Positions 12,967 through 27,059 of a stretch of 64,000 nt of DNA are shown piece by piece. How positions within the stretch are numbered: position 1 is the first letter of the stretch; each line of letters opens with the position of its first letter. The position numbers were made by a program, and so were the translations under genes. The stretch comes from Octopus vulgaris. Lineage: Eukaryota. The notes under the pieces are model-generated. The model did no database searches and had not been told where the DNA came from. It saw only the letters and a list, made by a program, of their open reading frames with translations. Where the stretch lies: contig OX597832.1 of NCBI GenBank assembly GCA_951406725.2, forward strand, positions 37,510,001 to 37,574,000, written 5' to 3'.

Positions 12967-13084
12967 GGTTTATATTTGTCGAATGGCTAAGTCCATCTTG
13001 GTGTGAGTGAACATAATTTGTACACGAGACCATTACCAGGAGTTATTTTGGGCCGCTCTTGTTCCGGTACTGACATGTATATAA

Positions 13085-13476
13085 CGACCTTCTACAGAGT
13101 TCTCACCTACCAGATTTGCCTCACAGGGACCGAGGTGGTCTAAGGCGTATAGAAGAAGAAGGTACTTGCTTAAGGTGCCATGCAGTGCAATAAAAATTGA
13201 AGTTACGTAGTTGCAAAGAAAAGTTCTTAACACACACCAATATCTGCAGCAGTAAGAGAGGAAGGACAGTTAGACTGAGATGAGAATATGTACGCGAGCA
13301 TGTATATATGTGTGTATATATATATATTCTTTTATTCTTTTACTTGTTTAAGTCATTTGACTGCAGCCATGCTGGAGCACCACCATAAAGAGTTTTATTC
13401 GAAGAAATCGACCCCAACACTTATTTTTTAAAGCCTAATACTTTTTGTATCTGTTCCTTTTGTCGAACCGCTAAGT
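13085..13476 (-). mobile_element. Family B SINE fragments (head 13085-13250, tail 13327-13476)
   Basis: TTTTACTTGTTTAAGTCATTTGACTGCAGCCATGCTGGAGCAC is the reverse complement of the family B tail. Confidence 0.7.
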
Positions 13477-13549
13477 TCGTTTGTGTGTGTATATATGCGT
13501 CTAAATGTATGTGTGTGTGTGTGTGGTGCATTTGTATATCTCTTATCTT

Positions 13550-13787
13550 TTTTTTATTTCTTACTTCTTTCAGTCATTGGAACACGGCCATTTTGTAGCA
13601 CCTCCTTGAAGAATTTTAGTCGACCCCAGTATCGACCCCAGTACGTAAATTCTAAAAGCTTGGTATGTATTCTATCGGTCCCATTTGCCGAACCGCCAAG
13701 TTATGGGTACGTAAACACACCAGTACCGGTTCTCAAGCGGTGGTAGCGGTCAAACACAGACTCAAAGTCACACACACACATACACAC

Positions 13788-13854
<67 letters not shown>

Positions 13855-14221
13855 GACGGAATTCTTTCGACTCACAAGGCTTTGGCCGGTCTGAGGCTAT
13901 AGTAGAAAACATCCCCATAGTGCCGCGCAGTGGGACAGAATTCGGAGTCACGTACTTGGGAAGCAAGCTTCTTATTTCTTTATTGCCCACAAGGGGCTAA
14001 ACAGAGGGGACAAACAAGTACTGACAAATGGATTAAGTCGATTACATCGAGTCCAGTGCATCACTGGTAAAGGATGAAAGGCAATGTCGACCTCGGCAGA
14101 ATTTGAACTCAGAACGCAGCGGCGGACGATATACCACAAAGCATTTCGCCCGGCGTGCTAACGTTTCTACCAGCTCGCCGCCTTTGTGGTAAGCAAGCTT
14201 CTTACCACACAGAAACGCCTG
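13550..14221 (-). mobile_element. Family B SINE with internal (TA)n, interrupted by a nested family A SINE
   Basis: Tail 13550-13770, (TA)n 13791-13853, head 13854-13974 continuing at 14187-14221. Confidence 0.8.
13975..14184 (-). mobile_element. Family A SINE nested in a family B SINE, with 18-bp target-site duplication
   Basis: Near full-length reverse complement of family A; TGGGAAGCAAGCTTCTTA (13957-13974) and TGGTAAGCAAGCTTCTTA (14187-14204) flank it. Confidence 0.9.
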
Positions 14222-14328
14222 CATATATGTATATGTGTGAGTGCGTGTATATGTGAGGGTGTGTGCATGCATGCATGGAATCCTGTATAATGGCAAACAC
14301 ATACATGCAAACTTACACATATACGCAG

Positions 14329-14515
<187 letters not shown>

Positions 14516-15389
14516 AGAAAGTGAAAGTAGTTGAAAAGTGATAGATAGGAAGAGTGAGGATCCTGGCAGCTATACATTACCAGCATAGTAAACTTTATAA
14601 GCTCAACTGAAATAGTCGCAGACGAGAAGGTGGCCAACCATTAAATGTTAAAAGTCATTTGGACAAAGCGGTGCGTAAAGCAACAGTCTATACACAACTT
14701 ACACAAATAAATTTGACTGACGAAGGTTTATTATAAACAGAAGCAATTGTTCACTACTTTTCTGTGAACTTTAATTCTCTTCTAGTGTTCATTTGTACCA
14801 TTTTCGCACTTATATCTTCTCCTCCCTGCTGAGAACGGCCATGAAAAGACAATCAAATTAATTGTTGGTCGTCATTACGACATTCATAATTTCTCTTTTG
14901 CTCTTGTTTCTGTCTTTCTCCTCTACATCTTTCCTTCTTTCTTTCACTCATGTGTGTGAATGTGTGTGAGAGAGAGTAAGATAGAGAGATAGAGAGAGAG
15001 ACAGACAGAGAGCGTATGTTCGTATTTGTCTGTGTTTCTACAATTGTGCGTGTGTGTGTGTAAACGGGATCGTGTAATCATTACCATAGTTTCACGCAAG
15101 CAACAAAATGACCATACGCACTCTCCAGTCCTTTTCAATTAGAATAGTTAGAACTCTCTCTCTCCTCCCCGTCTCTGCTTCCTACTCACATGCACACACA
15201 CTCTCTTCCTCTCCCTCTCCCTGTCATTGTCTGTCCTTCTACGTCTATTTGTGTTTATATATATACATATATATGTGTGTGTGTGTTTATCTCTTTCTAA
15301 GTTAGTCTATCTATTTGTATAAATATATATGCATGTTCTGTCCGTATATGCGTGTGTATACATACGTGCATACATATATGCATGTCTGT

Positions 15390-16630
15390 GTATGATTTCT
15401 ATTTAAGTTCTTGAGAGAGTTCAAGACAGTCGCTAACAAATCAACAAGACGTTTTGAGTTAGAAGACTTCCTGGTTTTTGTAAATATGCGGTCGAGTTGG
15501 TGTGTTGGGTGAACTGTCGATGCATACACCAAAGTGAATCCATCTATTCACATAAGAATCTCAGATGGAGAATTTCGGAATGTCTTACAGATCTTCACTG
15601 TGCCAATAATAAATTGGATTTGGAGAACCTGCGTCAGTTTCTTTTGCACTTTCTCCGTGGTTTTTAGGTAAATTTGTTGGTACATAGCCTAATGCACCTA
15701 TGATGATAGGTACGAATGCGAATTCATAGTCAGGGTACAAGAGCTTTATGTTCCGTATTAATTCGCCATAAATGTTCTTTTTTTTTCTGGGATTCTGATT
15801 CTACAGTTATATTCGCTGGGCAGCTGACCTCTACAACAGTGCATCACTTTTGTTCCCTGCCCCACAGAACAATATCAGGTCTGTTATGTTTGCACCGAAC
15901 TGATTTTTTATTGGAGTGTTCCACCAGTATTCCTTGTTCTTAAAGGTGTGAATACCTGCTGGTTCTGAAAAACGTTTGATGTATACGTCAGGGCAATCCT
16001 TCCTGCAATTAGCATTGTAAATAGTCTTTGCGACTATAGAATGCCTAAGAGTCAGGTAGCATCTCATAGATATTTGGGGGCTGCTGCTGCTGATGTGGTA
16101 TATCTTCCACACTGGTATAGCAGAACCGACGTTCTTTATCATAATATGGAGATTTTCTTAGTAACTTTGTCCCTCTTGTTTATCAGGTGTCTAGTCTTGT
16201 TTATCAGGTGTCTAGTAGCTGTCTCCTGTTCCTGGATAGCAAAGGCAGTTCTTGGTAGGGGGATATAATGTTTTTATCGCAGGCCCAGAAGAAGCTTCTC
16301 TTCCTGTCAATGCTGTTGTTGCCCTCAAGCTTGCGGGATATGTTCCCATGCCTTGCTTTTTGTTGGTATGATGCCAACTTCTCTTCCAAGCTTGTTTAGG
16401 CAGGTCAACCCAGCCTCCTTTGGGTCACATGAGACAGTAATATTCTCAGCAGATCTCCAACTTTGAAGATATTGTTGCTCTCACTTTTGAGTGTGCATGG
16501 AATGCACGCATTTCTTTCTTTACTGTACAGCTGGTATTGTGTGACTGATACAATGCCACATTGAAAGGTTGTTTGGACTGAACTTAAGCCTCTACCGCCA
16601 TCAATTTGTCTCACATAAATTCTATCGGTG
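15390..16630 (-). mobile_element. 5'-truncated non-LTR retrotransposon, R4/Dong-like RLE clade, degenerate
   Basis: Across frameshifts: DRIYVRQIDGGRGL; AIQEQETAT; zinc-knuckle region HISSSSPQIS.RCYLTLRHSIVAK; EYWWNTPIK..HNRPDIVLW..VEVSCP (PD-(D/E)xK endonuclease); PIIIGALG; GTVKICKTF. A 21-bp tandem duplication lies at 16174-16215. Confidence 0.85.
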
Positions 16631-16802
16631 TATGTATGTGTGTATGTATGTTTGTATGTATGCATGTATTTCTCTAGATACATGCACGAAAGATTCGCTG
16701 TTAATTTTATGATCTCGATCGCATTGTTTCTCTAGACGTATTCGTAAATTTCGGTGGTGGGTCTAAATTTTCTAGAATATCTATAGGGGTAGCTTAAAAG
16801 TA

Positions 16803-16844
<42 letters not shown>

Positions 16845-17178
16845 TTCTACATTCATATTGACATTGAGACAGGCACAATTAAATAGGATGAAAGATAATC
16901 GCGCAGAGGATGAACGGTGATGAAGGATGGCGACGGGGAAGTGAAAATAGATCATCTTTAACAAAGGTAATTTGTGTAAATATGTCACTTGCTTGACAGA
17001 CAAGGCAACTAGGTACACCGGCCGAACAGCGAGTGAAATGATCCGGTTTCGAATTCCTTTCGGCCCTTCCCTCTTTCCTGTTTTCTCGTAGCTCTTGAAT
17101 CAAATTTCATTATCCTATGTCTATATAATGGTCAAACTAACCAACGTGTATATGTAAGCGTATGTATACATACATACA

Positions 17179-17229
<51 letters not shown>

Positions 17230-17412
17230 TGTGTATGCTTGCGTCTGTGTGTGTGTGTACGGGTAGCAGTCAGTATGACTAAACATTTGTTCAATAGATA
17301 TTAATGTGTTTGCGAGAAATGGTCACACAAATGTATGTCTATGTGTGTCTAATGCTCATATTAATGTATGCTTAAACAATGGTTAAGTATGTGTGTGTTT
17401 ATATAGTGTAGA

Positions 17413-17525
<113 letters not shown>

Positions 17526-17905
17526 GTGATCATTATAATTCGACATAGCTTAGTGTTTAGGGTCAACATATATGACAACCTTGAGTTTTAATGTATGTAT
17601 ATAGGCGAGTATTTTATTTACTGTAAAGCAAGATAGTGCTCTGATGGGTTAATTTAATGGTTTCGTGTGTATTGGTGTATGTTGTTGTGTATATATTTGA
17701 GTATATGTGAATAGCAGCCAATAATGATATGTGAGGGGGTTTGTGTGCGTCTGTACGTGCGTGGACGTGTGCATTTAATGTATATGTATGTGCTGAGCGT
17801 ATCAGAGTGTATATGTATGTGCTGAGCGTATCAGAGGGCGTTTCAACTGGTATATGTATCCGAGAGGTTCCTGTAAATATCTATCCAAAGGGTTGCTGTA
17901 AATAT

Positions 17906-18017
17906 CTCACTCATTCACTCACTCACTCACTCACACTCACTCACTCACTCACTCATTCACTCACTCACTAACTCACACACTTACTCACTCACTCACTCAC
18001 TCACTCACTCACTCACT
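17906..18017. repeat. (CACT)n microsatellite
   Basis: Direct reading. Confidence 0.9.
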
Positions 18018-18524
18018 AAATAAATAAATAGATAAACAAATGCTGAAAGAAACTGAAAACTGAGAGAGAGAGGGGAAAGAGCGAGAGAGAGAGGGGAGAG
18101 AGAGAAAAAGAGAGAGGGATCGGAAATTCCCAGACCTTCATGAATTGGATTCCCCATCAGGGAACTGAAGCTAGTCTTGTTTCGCCAAACAGAATTTCAG
18201 TGAGGAGTTCTGTGTCGAACTATGGCGCACATTATCAGCCAAAGGAACATAACCTTGTTGGTTCTCATGAGCTTCTGTGTGATTAGAAACCCGTTCCTTC
18301 GATTTCATCGTTTTCATACACATACATGCATCAGTACATACAAGTATGCAGAGATTTAGTCGAATGAATCGATCCCAGTACTTACTTTTTAAGCCTGGCC
18401 CCTATTCTCCCCGATCTTTTTTTACCGAACCGTTGCATTATTGGTTGTCAGGCGGTGGTGGTGGTGGGCAAGCATAGAAACACACACACACACACACACA
18501 CATGTATATATATATATATATATA

Positions 18525-18578
<54 letters not shown>

Positions 18579-18579
18579 T

Positions 18580-18881
18580 GGAGGCGCAATGGCCCAGTGG
18601 TTAGGGAAGCGGACTGACGGTCGTAGGATCGCGGTTTCGATTCCCAGACCAGGCGTTGTGAGTGTTTATTGAGCGAAAACACCTGAAGCTCCACGAGGCT
18701 CCGACAGGGGATGGTGGCGATCCCTGCTGTACTCTTTCGCCGTAACTTTCTCTCACTCTTTCTTCTGCTCGCTTAGCCAGCGGGGTGGCGTCATTTGAAG
18801 GTTAAAACAATGCGAAGCGCATTGTGACCAGCGATATGTTGCAACATCTGATAGCCTGGGTGGTCACGGAGATCACGGTGA
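18580..18881 (+). mobile_element. tRNA-derived SINE family D, apparently full length
   Basis: GGAGGCGCAATGGCCCAGTGGTTAGGG (A box), GGTTTCGATTCCC (B box), 3' end with a repeated TCACGG(A/T)GA tail before (TA)n. Confidence 0.8.
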
Positions 18882-18894
18882 TATATATACATAC

Positions 18895-18944
<50 letters not shown>

Positions 18945-18948
<4 letters not shown>

Positions 18949-19250
18949 CAAAATGGGACAACAAAACATCCAGATAGACGATACAAAGAAAATAAGGACG
19001 GGTCATTCGAAGTTTTCTATCCTCAGTCAAGTACCAGATTATATTCGCAGTTTCGGCTGATTATACTTGAGATTACTCCAATCTGGCCAGCCCCAAGGAA
19101 AAACTAAGCTAAGAGCATTAGATCCCTCGGAAGAAAGCAGCGAATGTATACAAAAACAAGGATGGAAAAAAAACCGGACGTTACACGAATACAATAAAAA
19201 TAATAACAGGCCATAACAACAGGTGGCTTTCGACTAAGGACGAATTATAT
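18945..19250 (-). repeat. Dispersed (TA)n-associated repeat, second copy at 26330-26478; PLE pseudo-LTR-like
   Basis: Shared AAGGACGGGTCATTCG(A/G)AGT...TCCTCAGTC(A/G)AGT.CCAGATTAT; minus strand has a CUGAGGA...CGAA relic. Confidence 0.6.
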
Positions 19251-19257
19251 ATACAAT

Positions 19258-19408
19258 GTGCTTCTTTCAGTTTCCTTCGACCAAATCCACTTAGAAGACT
19301 TTGGTCGGCCCGTGGCTATAGTAAAAGACACTTGCCTAAAGTGCCGCGTAGTGGGAGGGAACCCGGAACCACGTGAATAGGAAGCAAGCTTCTTACCACT
19401 CAGTCACA
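19258..19408 (-). mobile_element. Family B SINE 5' half
   Basis: Matches the reverse complement of 62685-62850. Confidence 0.85.
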
Positions 19409-20162
19409 GCAATATATTAGATTAAAAACAATAAAAAATTTGACCCAGAATTACCTTTAGTTTCACGAATTTCTGCAATTAACAGACAAACCTTTTTCCT
19501 CTATTTGTGCGACAAAGCAAAGGTTCACAGTGTATATATGGAAGCATTTATGCATATAAATAACTGCATGTATATATTAATTGTTTTAGAATGAGCGTGT
19601 AGATTTATATTGACCGGTTCTGAATGTCGGTGTGTATGTATGTGAATACATACATCTAGATTTATGTGTATAAATACCTTTATACATACAAAGATACATA
19701 CATGCATGGGAATACATACATCAAACATACAAATCTGAACATACATACATACATACGTACATACATACGTACATACCCTGTTGTTGATGTTGAAATTCCA
19801 ATGAAAGAACATTGGATCTAGGTTGGAAACCGATTCTTTCTCGATTGGCAAGAAATCTTGAAATAAAATTGAAGAATGACATACACGCATACATACAATC
19901 ATTCATACACACACACACACACACACACGTATATATATATAAAATACATATACATACGTATATATACATGTGTGTGTGTGTGCAGGTATATATTGCATCT
20001 ATGCACATTCATCTATATGTATATTTGTATATATACATACATAAGTGTAATCTTTATAAATACTCAAGCATATGTGTATGTATGCAAAAAAGCAAATACA
20101 TTTTTTCATACTCAAACGTACATATGTGTGCTTGTGTCTATACATATATATATATATGTATA

Positions 20163-20209
<47 letters not shown>

Positions 20210-20467
20210 GCTACATACATATACATATATATATACATACATAGAATTCATTCAACTCTGTGTGTGTGTGTATATATATATATATATAAAATGTATGTAT
20301 GTATACCTCCATGCACACCACACACACACATGCATATACAAATGGAAGCATCTTCTGGCAAATCTCTTTGAACAGTGAGTGACTGGGCAAAATAATGCAT
20401 TTAGTGAAGGAACCCACCCGCTGGTAACCCCTCCCTCTCTCACACGCATTCTCTCTCTCACACATTC

Positions 20468-20498
<31 letters not shown>

Positions 20499-20898
20499 CA
20501 CACTTTTTCTCTTTTCCTCCTACTCTCTCTCTCTCTCTCTCTCTCTCCCCTCTTTCTCTCACAAGTACACCTATCTACTCTAAAGATCTATTACTCTTCT
20601 CTCCTCCTATCCCCTTTTTCCTTCTGCGCCTGGCAGGGATCACTGCAGGAATCCTTGTGTAGTGGCGTTTGTCGTCGACCCTGTCGTCCAGTGAGTGTGT
20701 TCATGTCGAAATACAAAGACCGTTTGTGTCAAGCCTGCTTGGCTGCAGGCAATGAATGTCCCGGAGTAACAGACCAACATTGGCGAAAGATATTCTAATG
20801 CATTCCCTCAACTGCGGAAATAAATACAACTTCCTTCTCCTGACTTATTGTTGTCTACATAAATAGTTGATAGTTTGTTAGCGGAGGATAGCCTTTAT

Positions 20899-21320
20899 AC
20901 ATACACACATACATACATACATACATACATACATACATACATACATACATACATACGTACGTACATACATACATACATACATACATACATACATACATAC
21001 GTACATACATACATACATACATACATACATACATACATACATAGGTACATACGTATGTATGTATGTGCATGTGCATATATATGTATATATATATATATAT
21101 ATACATATATATATACATATATATTTATCTATATACATATATATATATATGCATATGTGTTTACATGTTTGTACGTTTGTATATATACATGCAAGTGTAT
21201 ATATACATATACATATATATACACAATATATATATATATATATACATATACACTTACACACATATGTATACACACACATAGATATATAACTATATATATA
21301 TATATATATATATATGAGTA
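20899..21320. repeat. (CATA)n and TA-rich compound microsatellite
   Basis: Direct reading. Confidence 0.9.
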
Positions 21321-21411
21321 TACACACATGGATATATTTAAATACTTGTTTTTTACTTATTTTAGTTAATGAACTATAAACATACTGGGACTGAGACCTG
21401 GTTTTGTATAT

Positions 21412-21446
<35 letters not shown>

Positions 21447-22171
21447 GTGCGTGTGTGTGGGTGCGCGCGCATATCGGAGTGAGACAGTAATATCCTCGCT
21501 ACAGTGACCTACCAGAATGATAGACGTATTTCGCTCTTGTTCGTTAAACACATTCAAAGTATTCTTTTAAAAAGTGCTGCCCTCTATAATGTTTCTTTAC
21601 TAGAAGATATACTTGAGTTCTTCCAGCTCATACTATTAAAGACCGAGATCCTTCTGCTCATACTCTTAAACACCGAATCCGGATGGTTAGACCAGTTGTT
21701 AATGTTGGGGAACTCCTCACTGGGCTTGTGGTAAAGTCTCTATGAGCTCGTAACTAAATTTAGTCTTACATCTAGGAAGCTAACTATGGTTAAGTTGGTT
21801 TCTATTGAAATATCAAACCCAAATACCATGAAATTTGGCATTATGTCAATGAATAACAGGCTTTAAAAAAAGTACTGGGGTCGGTTCATTAGACTAAAAT
21901 TCTAAGCGAGTGTCTTATGCTTCATCAGAGCCTCAGACACGAAGTGCAATTTATATGGGAAGAGACTATGATGAAACTGAAAGGTGTTACTCAGGCTCTC
22001 AACTATGAGTCTACCGCATCACATAGCGGAAAAAGCTGTAAGCTAATGGAGTTCAATACTCGATTAACGCTTCGTTCTGAGGCATACATGTATTGAGTTC
22101 TACGCCACGTTATTAGTATCGTAATGCCTAAGCAATATACATGCATACATACTTACATACATACATATATG

Positions 22172-22203
<32 letters not shown>

Positions 22204-22372
22204 TATAGATAGATATATAAATAGATAGATAAATACATACATACATACATACATACTTATATATAATGTAATATTATATATATATTTATATATATTTATA
22301 TAAGTATATATGTATGTATCTATCTCTCTATATATATGCATACATATACATATTGATATTTATGTATATTTG

Positions 22373-22448
<76 letters not shown>

Positions 22449-22859
22449 CACATATACATATATGTATATGCACATCTGTATATACGTTTATGTTTGTACA
22501 CGTACATCCATTAATATAGCGGTTCTATAGGAGACATCTATCTCCGCTGAATATAATTAAGACGCATCGCACCCAGCTGCCAAGCACCTCGGCCGGAATG
22601 AGGAAATCAAACAGGTGCTGTTGTACAGAGATGTTGAGAGAACAACATTGGAGATGATCTTTACTACTCCAGCATCCCGGTTTCTACACCTCATCTGTTC
22701 CGTCTCCTCCTTCCATCGTCACCTTTGCTCCTCACTTAGCCAATCAAAATATACAATATCATTAGGTTACCTGAATTCAAGGTTAAGTGTGACTGACACA
22801 AGGGTTGTGTTTCAGAGTTGTCAAACCTACTTCCGGTTCATATCCATATCCATATATAC

Positions 22860-22943
<84 letters not shown>

Positions 22944-23081
22944 ACATACATGTATATATATATACATATATGCACGATTGCATATTTATATAGTGTATAT
23001 ACACATACATAAGTATGTATATATGTATATATATATATATATATCTACCTAACTATACGAATATATACATATATATATATG

Positions 23082-23145
<64 letters not shown>

Positions 23146-23258
23146 CATACATATATATTGTAGTGTCTGGGGAGAGTCATTCTGTTCTAATGCCTTATTA
23201 ATTAACACACTCATCAGTTTCTTCTTGCAACCTCTTCAATAATTGTTGCCTCTGTCCG

Positions 23259-23315
<57 letters not shown>

Positions 23316-23316
23316 A

Positions 23317-23347
<31 letters not shown>

Positions 23348-23357
23348 TGTATGTATG

Positions 23358-23391
<34 letters not shown>

Positions 23392-23399
23392 TATACATC

Positions 23400-23660
23400 G
23401 CCTTCGAAACGCAGAGTAGATGAAACCATGGCGACTGAAGAAGGGGAATTTTCCTTGTGTTATTTGTCCTGTACTCTATTTTTTCGTTGTTTAAGAAAAA
23501 TGTCCAGTTCCTTGGTTTTGTGTTTATGTTTTCGTTTCTCATTGTGTTCGACGTTTTTTTGGTCTCCTGTATCCATACATGCGTGTATATATACATGTAG
23601 AGGTAGGTACGTACATATATGTATGTATATATGCATATGTTTTATTTATTAATTTATATA
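23400..23660 (+). repeat. Dispersed repeat close to 56545-56810, with permuted hammerhead boxes
   Basis: CCTTCGAAACG(C/T)AGAGTAGATGAAACCATGGCGACTGAAGAAG...GTAGAGGTAGGTACGTACATATATGT shared over about 250 bp. Confidence 0.9.
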
Positions 23661-23812
23661 TATATATACATATATATATATCTATATATATATGTATACA
23701 TACATATATACATAAATATATATACATGTATACATATATAGGTACATATACATATATACATATATAATTGCATACATCATACATATATACATGCGTACAT
23801 GCATACACCTTT

Positions 23813-23925
23813 ATGGACTGGAACACCGTAAAGTAAAGTGTCTTGTTCAAGGCCTCAACGTGTCGCCAGGAATCGAACTGACGATCTTACGATCGAGTAC
23901 CCTAAGTACCCTACCAACTAGGTCT
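23813..23925 (-). mobile_element. Family C SINE 5' fragment
   Basis: AAAGTGTCTTGTTCAAGG...GGAATCGAAC...TTACGATCG, as at 1500-1575. Confidence 0.65.
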
Positions 23926-23982
23926 TCACACACACATACACTTAAGTGTATGTGTGCATGTGTATGTATATATACATGCACG

Positions 23983-24014
<32 letters not shown>

Positions 24015-24354
24015 CATGTAATTTTAATATTTATATTATATATACATGTATATATATATATTTATTGTTGGTATATTAATGATATTCTATATAATATTTA
24101 TTCTTGGTATATTATTAATATTCTATATAATTGCTGATGAAATATCTGTTTATGAAGCTATAAAATCGAAGTGGTGTGTTAACTGCACCAACTTAATTTC
24201 TAATCAAATGAATTCGATCAATAACCTGTTGGACATAACTAATCTTTATATCACCGCTTTATGATGACTTTTGGGATGACAAGATGCTGTCAGGAATGTA
24301 GAAGCACCGTAAAGATTACATTTTGGTAATAATGACAACAATTACACCAATAGC

Positions 24355-24905
24355 TCTTGCTCTCGACAGCAGTGCTAAAACGGTGACCTTTGAGCTGCAT
24401 TTTCATCTTGGGGGGAAGAGATGGAAGTCCGCAGGTGCTAAATCTGAGGAATAGGTCGGATGCGGAAGCGATACCATGTGGTTTTTGGCGAGAAACTCAT
24501 GAGTGAAGAGATCCCGGTGACAGGGTGCATTGTCGTTGTAAAGAATCCAGTTCTTCGCGTTCCACAGATCCTGTCGCTTCAAGACGTCGTTGATTGTTCT
24601 TCGACGACCTTCATCGTCAAGCTGACGAATTTTCTCCACATTCCGGGTTGACGGTCGTATCAGGTTTTTCAGGTCGCTCAACGTATTCTTGGGACGTTCT
24701 TCCGCCTTTAAAGCGCCCGTGCCACTAGAAACATTGCGTGCGGCCCATTGCCTCATCGACGTAAGATTGCCGAAGCATGCTCAACGTCTCTGTAGCGGAC
24801 TTCCCAAGTTTAATGCAAAATTTCACGTTGGCTCTTTGTCCCAACTTCCTGTCAATGACAAAAATCGCAGACTCCAGCATACACGTGATGACAAAAGTGA
24901 TGTCA
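24355..24905 (-). mobile_element. Mariner transposase relic, internally deleted
   Basis: QRANVKFCIKLGKSATETLSMLRQSYVDEAMGRTQCF (HTH) and WILYNDNAPCHR...HPTYSSDLAPADFHLFP (DD34D C-terminal motifs). Confidence 0.9.
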
Positions 24906-24975
24906 TTCGGCACAATGCTCCAGCATAGCCGTAATCTAATGACTGAGAGAAGTAAAAGAAAGATAAAAGATCGTC

Positions 24976-25108
24976 GGCGTGGCTGTGTGATAAGAAGCTT
25001 GTTTCCCAACTACATGGTTCTGGGTTCAGTTCCACGGCCAACTTCTACTATGACCTCGGGCCCACGAAAGCCTTGTGAGTGCATTTAGTAGACAGAAAGA
25101 AGCCCGTC

Positions 25109-25167
<59 letters not shown>

Positions 25168-25436
25168 TGTCTGTATGTATGTATGTCTGTATGTATGTAT
25201 GTATGTATGTATGTATGTATGTATGTATGTATGTATGTATGTATGTATGTATGTATGTGTGTGCGTGTTGATGTGTTTACGTCCCCGTAACTTAACAGTT
25301 CGGCAAGGAAACCGATAGAATAAGTACTAGGCTTAAAAATAAGTCCTCGAGTCAAAATGTATCCACAAAAACATTTCAAGGCGGTGCTCCAGCATGACCG
25401 CAGTCAAATGACTGAAACAAGTAAAAGAATAAAAGA
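24976..25436 (+). mobile_element. Family B SINE, full span with internal (TA)n(TATG)n
   Basis: Head GGCGTGGCTGTGTGATAAGAAGCTTG...GGGTTCAGTTCC; tail GGCGGTGCTCCAGCATGACCGCAGTCAAATGACTGAAACAAGTAAAAGA. Confidence 0.9.
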
Positions 25437-25983
25437 CTGTATACATACATACATATATCTCTGTATTTATAGCTATATACACACACACATATACACGCAC
25501 ATTTACATCCGTTCACCTATCTCAATAGCTACGAATTCATAAGATCTATGAAACACACAAATCCAATCACCAAAATGAAATTGTTTCATTAGGAACTTCT
25601 TTTAATTTTCACGAATAAATATAATAATTTGATTGAATTTGCTTCTTAATATTTGCTCCACCCCTATAAGAAATGAACCTAGAATAATTACCTCTCCAGA
25701 TGACCTCGATGGGTGCAAATGTTCGGAGAGTTCAACCCAGAAGAAAGTCATTAAGTAAATTGGTTTGTTTTTACGGAAATTCGTTTCAAGGCTGGCTGTT
25801 AGCATAAGGAGTGTGAAGTCAGTTAAGGTCGCACTTACTAATTAGGGTTGAACAAACTTCCTCTATTCACAAATAACAATATCTGGACCCTTGCTTGTCC
25901 TTTTTAATATATAACTGATTGGATTATAACAGGTTAATATCTTCCGTACACTAATATATGTATATAATGTATATAATACATAC

Positions 25984-26112
<129 letters not shown>

Positions 26113-26256
26113 GTTTGTATTATATACAAGTATACACACACACACACACATATATATATGTATACATATACATTTTTAAATATATGTATGCATTGTGCAT
26201 ATGTATTATATATTAAGCTTAGGTATCACATATAAGTGTGTGTGTGTGTGTGTGTG

Positions 26257-26307
<51 letters not shown>

Positions 26308-26497
26308 CATACATAAAGGAATACAAAAGGAATACAAAAAATGGAAATTGGACAAGAACGCAAGACATCAAGACAGTTAGATGAAACAAAAAGGGGACAA
26401 GAATAAACAAGGACGGGTCATTCGGAGTATTCTTTCCTCAGTCGAGTTCCAGATTATCTTTGCAATATTGACTGGTGATTAAAAAGGAAAAACAATT

Positions 26498-26632
<135 letters not shown>

Positions 26633-27008
26633 TTAAATAGCATGTCCGAAAGAAAAGGTGTGGAAGACATGATTTTGCTCAACTAAGTGTTTCTTGAAAT
26701 TTTTTCTTAGTTATTTCTTTTTTAAAAATTTTGGATTATTGATATTAAATCCATTAACGTTTCAGGACTTTCTAGGTCTCCTTTGAATGAATCGATGGTA
26801 GTTGCACAAAAATTGCCACCTTTCGTATTGGAGGGTTGTATATATATATATATATATGCATATATATATTGCGGATATGTACTTACATAGCAAGTGACCT
26901 GATCTGAGATTGTGTGTCAGAACGAAAAGAATTGCAGCGTGAAAGGTGTTTATAAACCATTTAAGAAACGCACAAAAACCGTTAGATTTCTTCATCATTT
27001 AAATTTAA

Positions 27009-27059
27009 TTTGCCAAATCATTTTCGTCGCTTTGAGACCGCGACCTGTTCAATGACAAA
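27009..27059 (-). ncRNA. Degenerate hammerhead motif in a dispersed repeat (26870-27070; related sequence at 43925-43990)
   Basis: Minus: UUUGUCA-UUGAACA-GGUCGC(GGUCUCAAA)GCGAC-GAAA-AUGAUU-UGGCAAA; stems I and II pair, core is mutated. Confidence 0.45.

Noticed and set aside
17780-17836. Short tandem duplications (also 13621-13643, 35502-35531)
   Set aside because: Two-copy slippage events with no further structure
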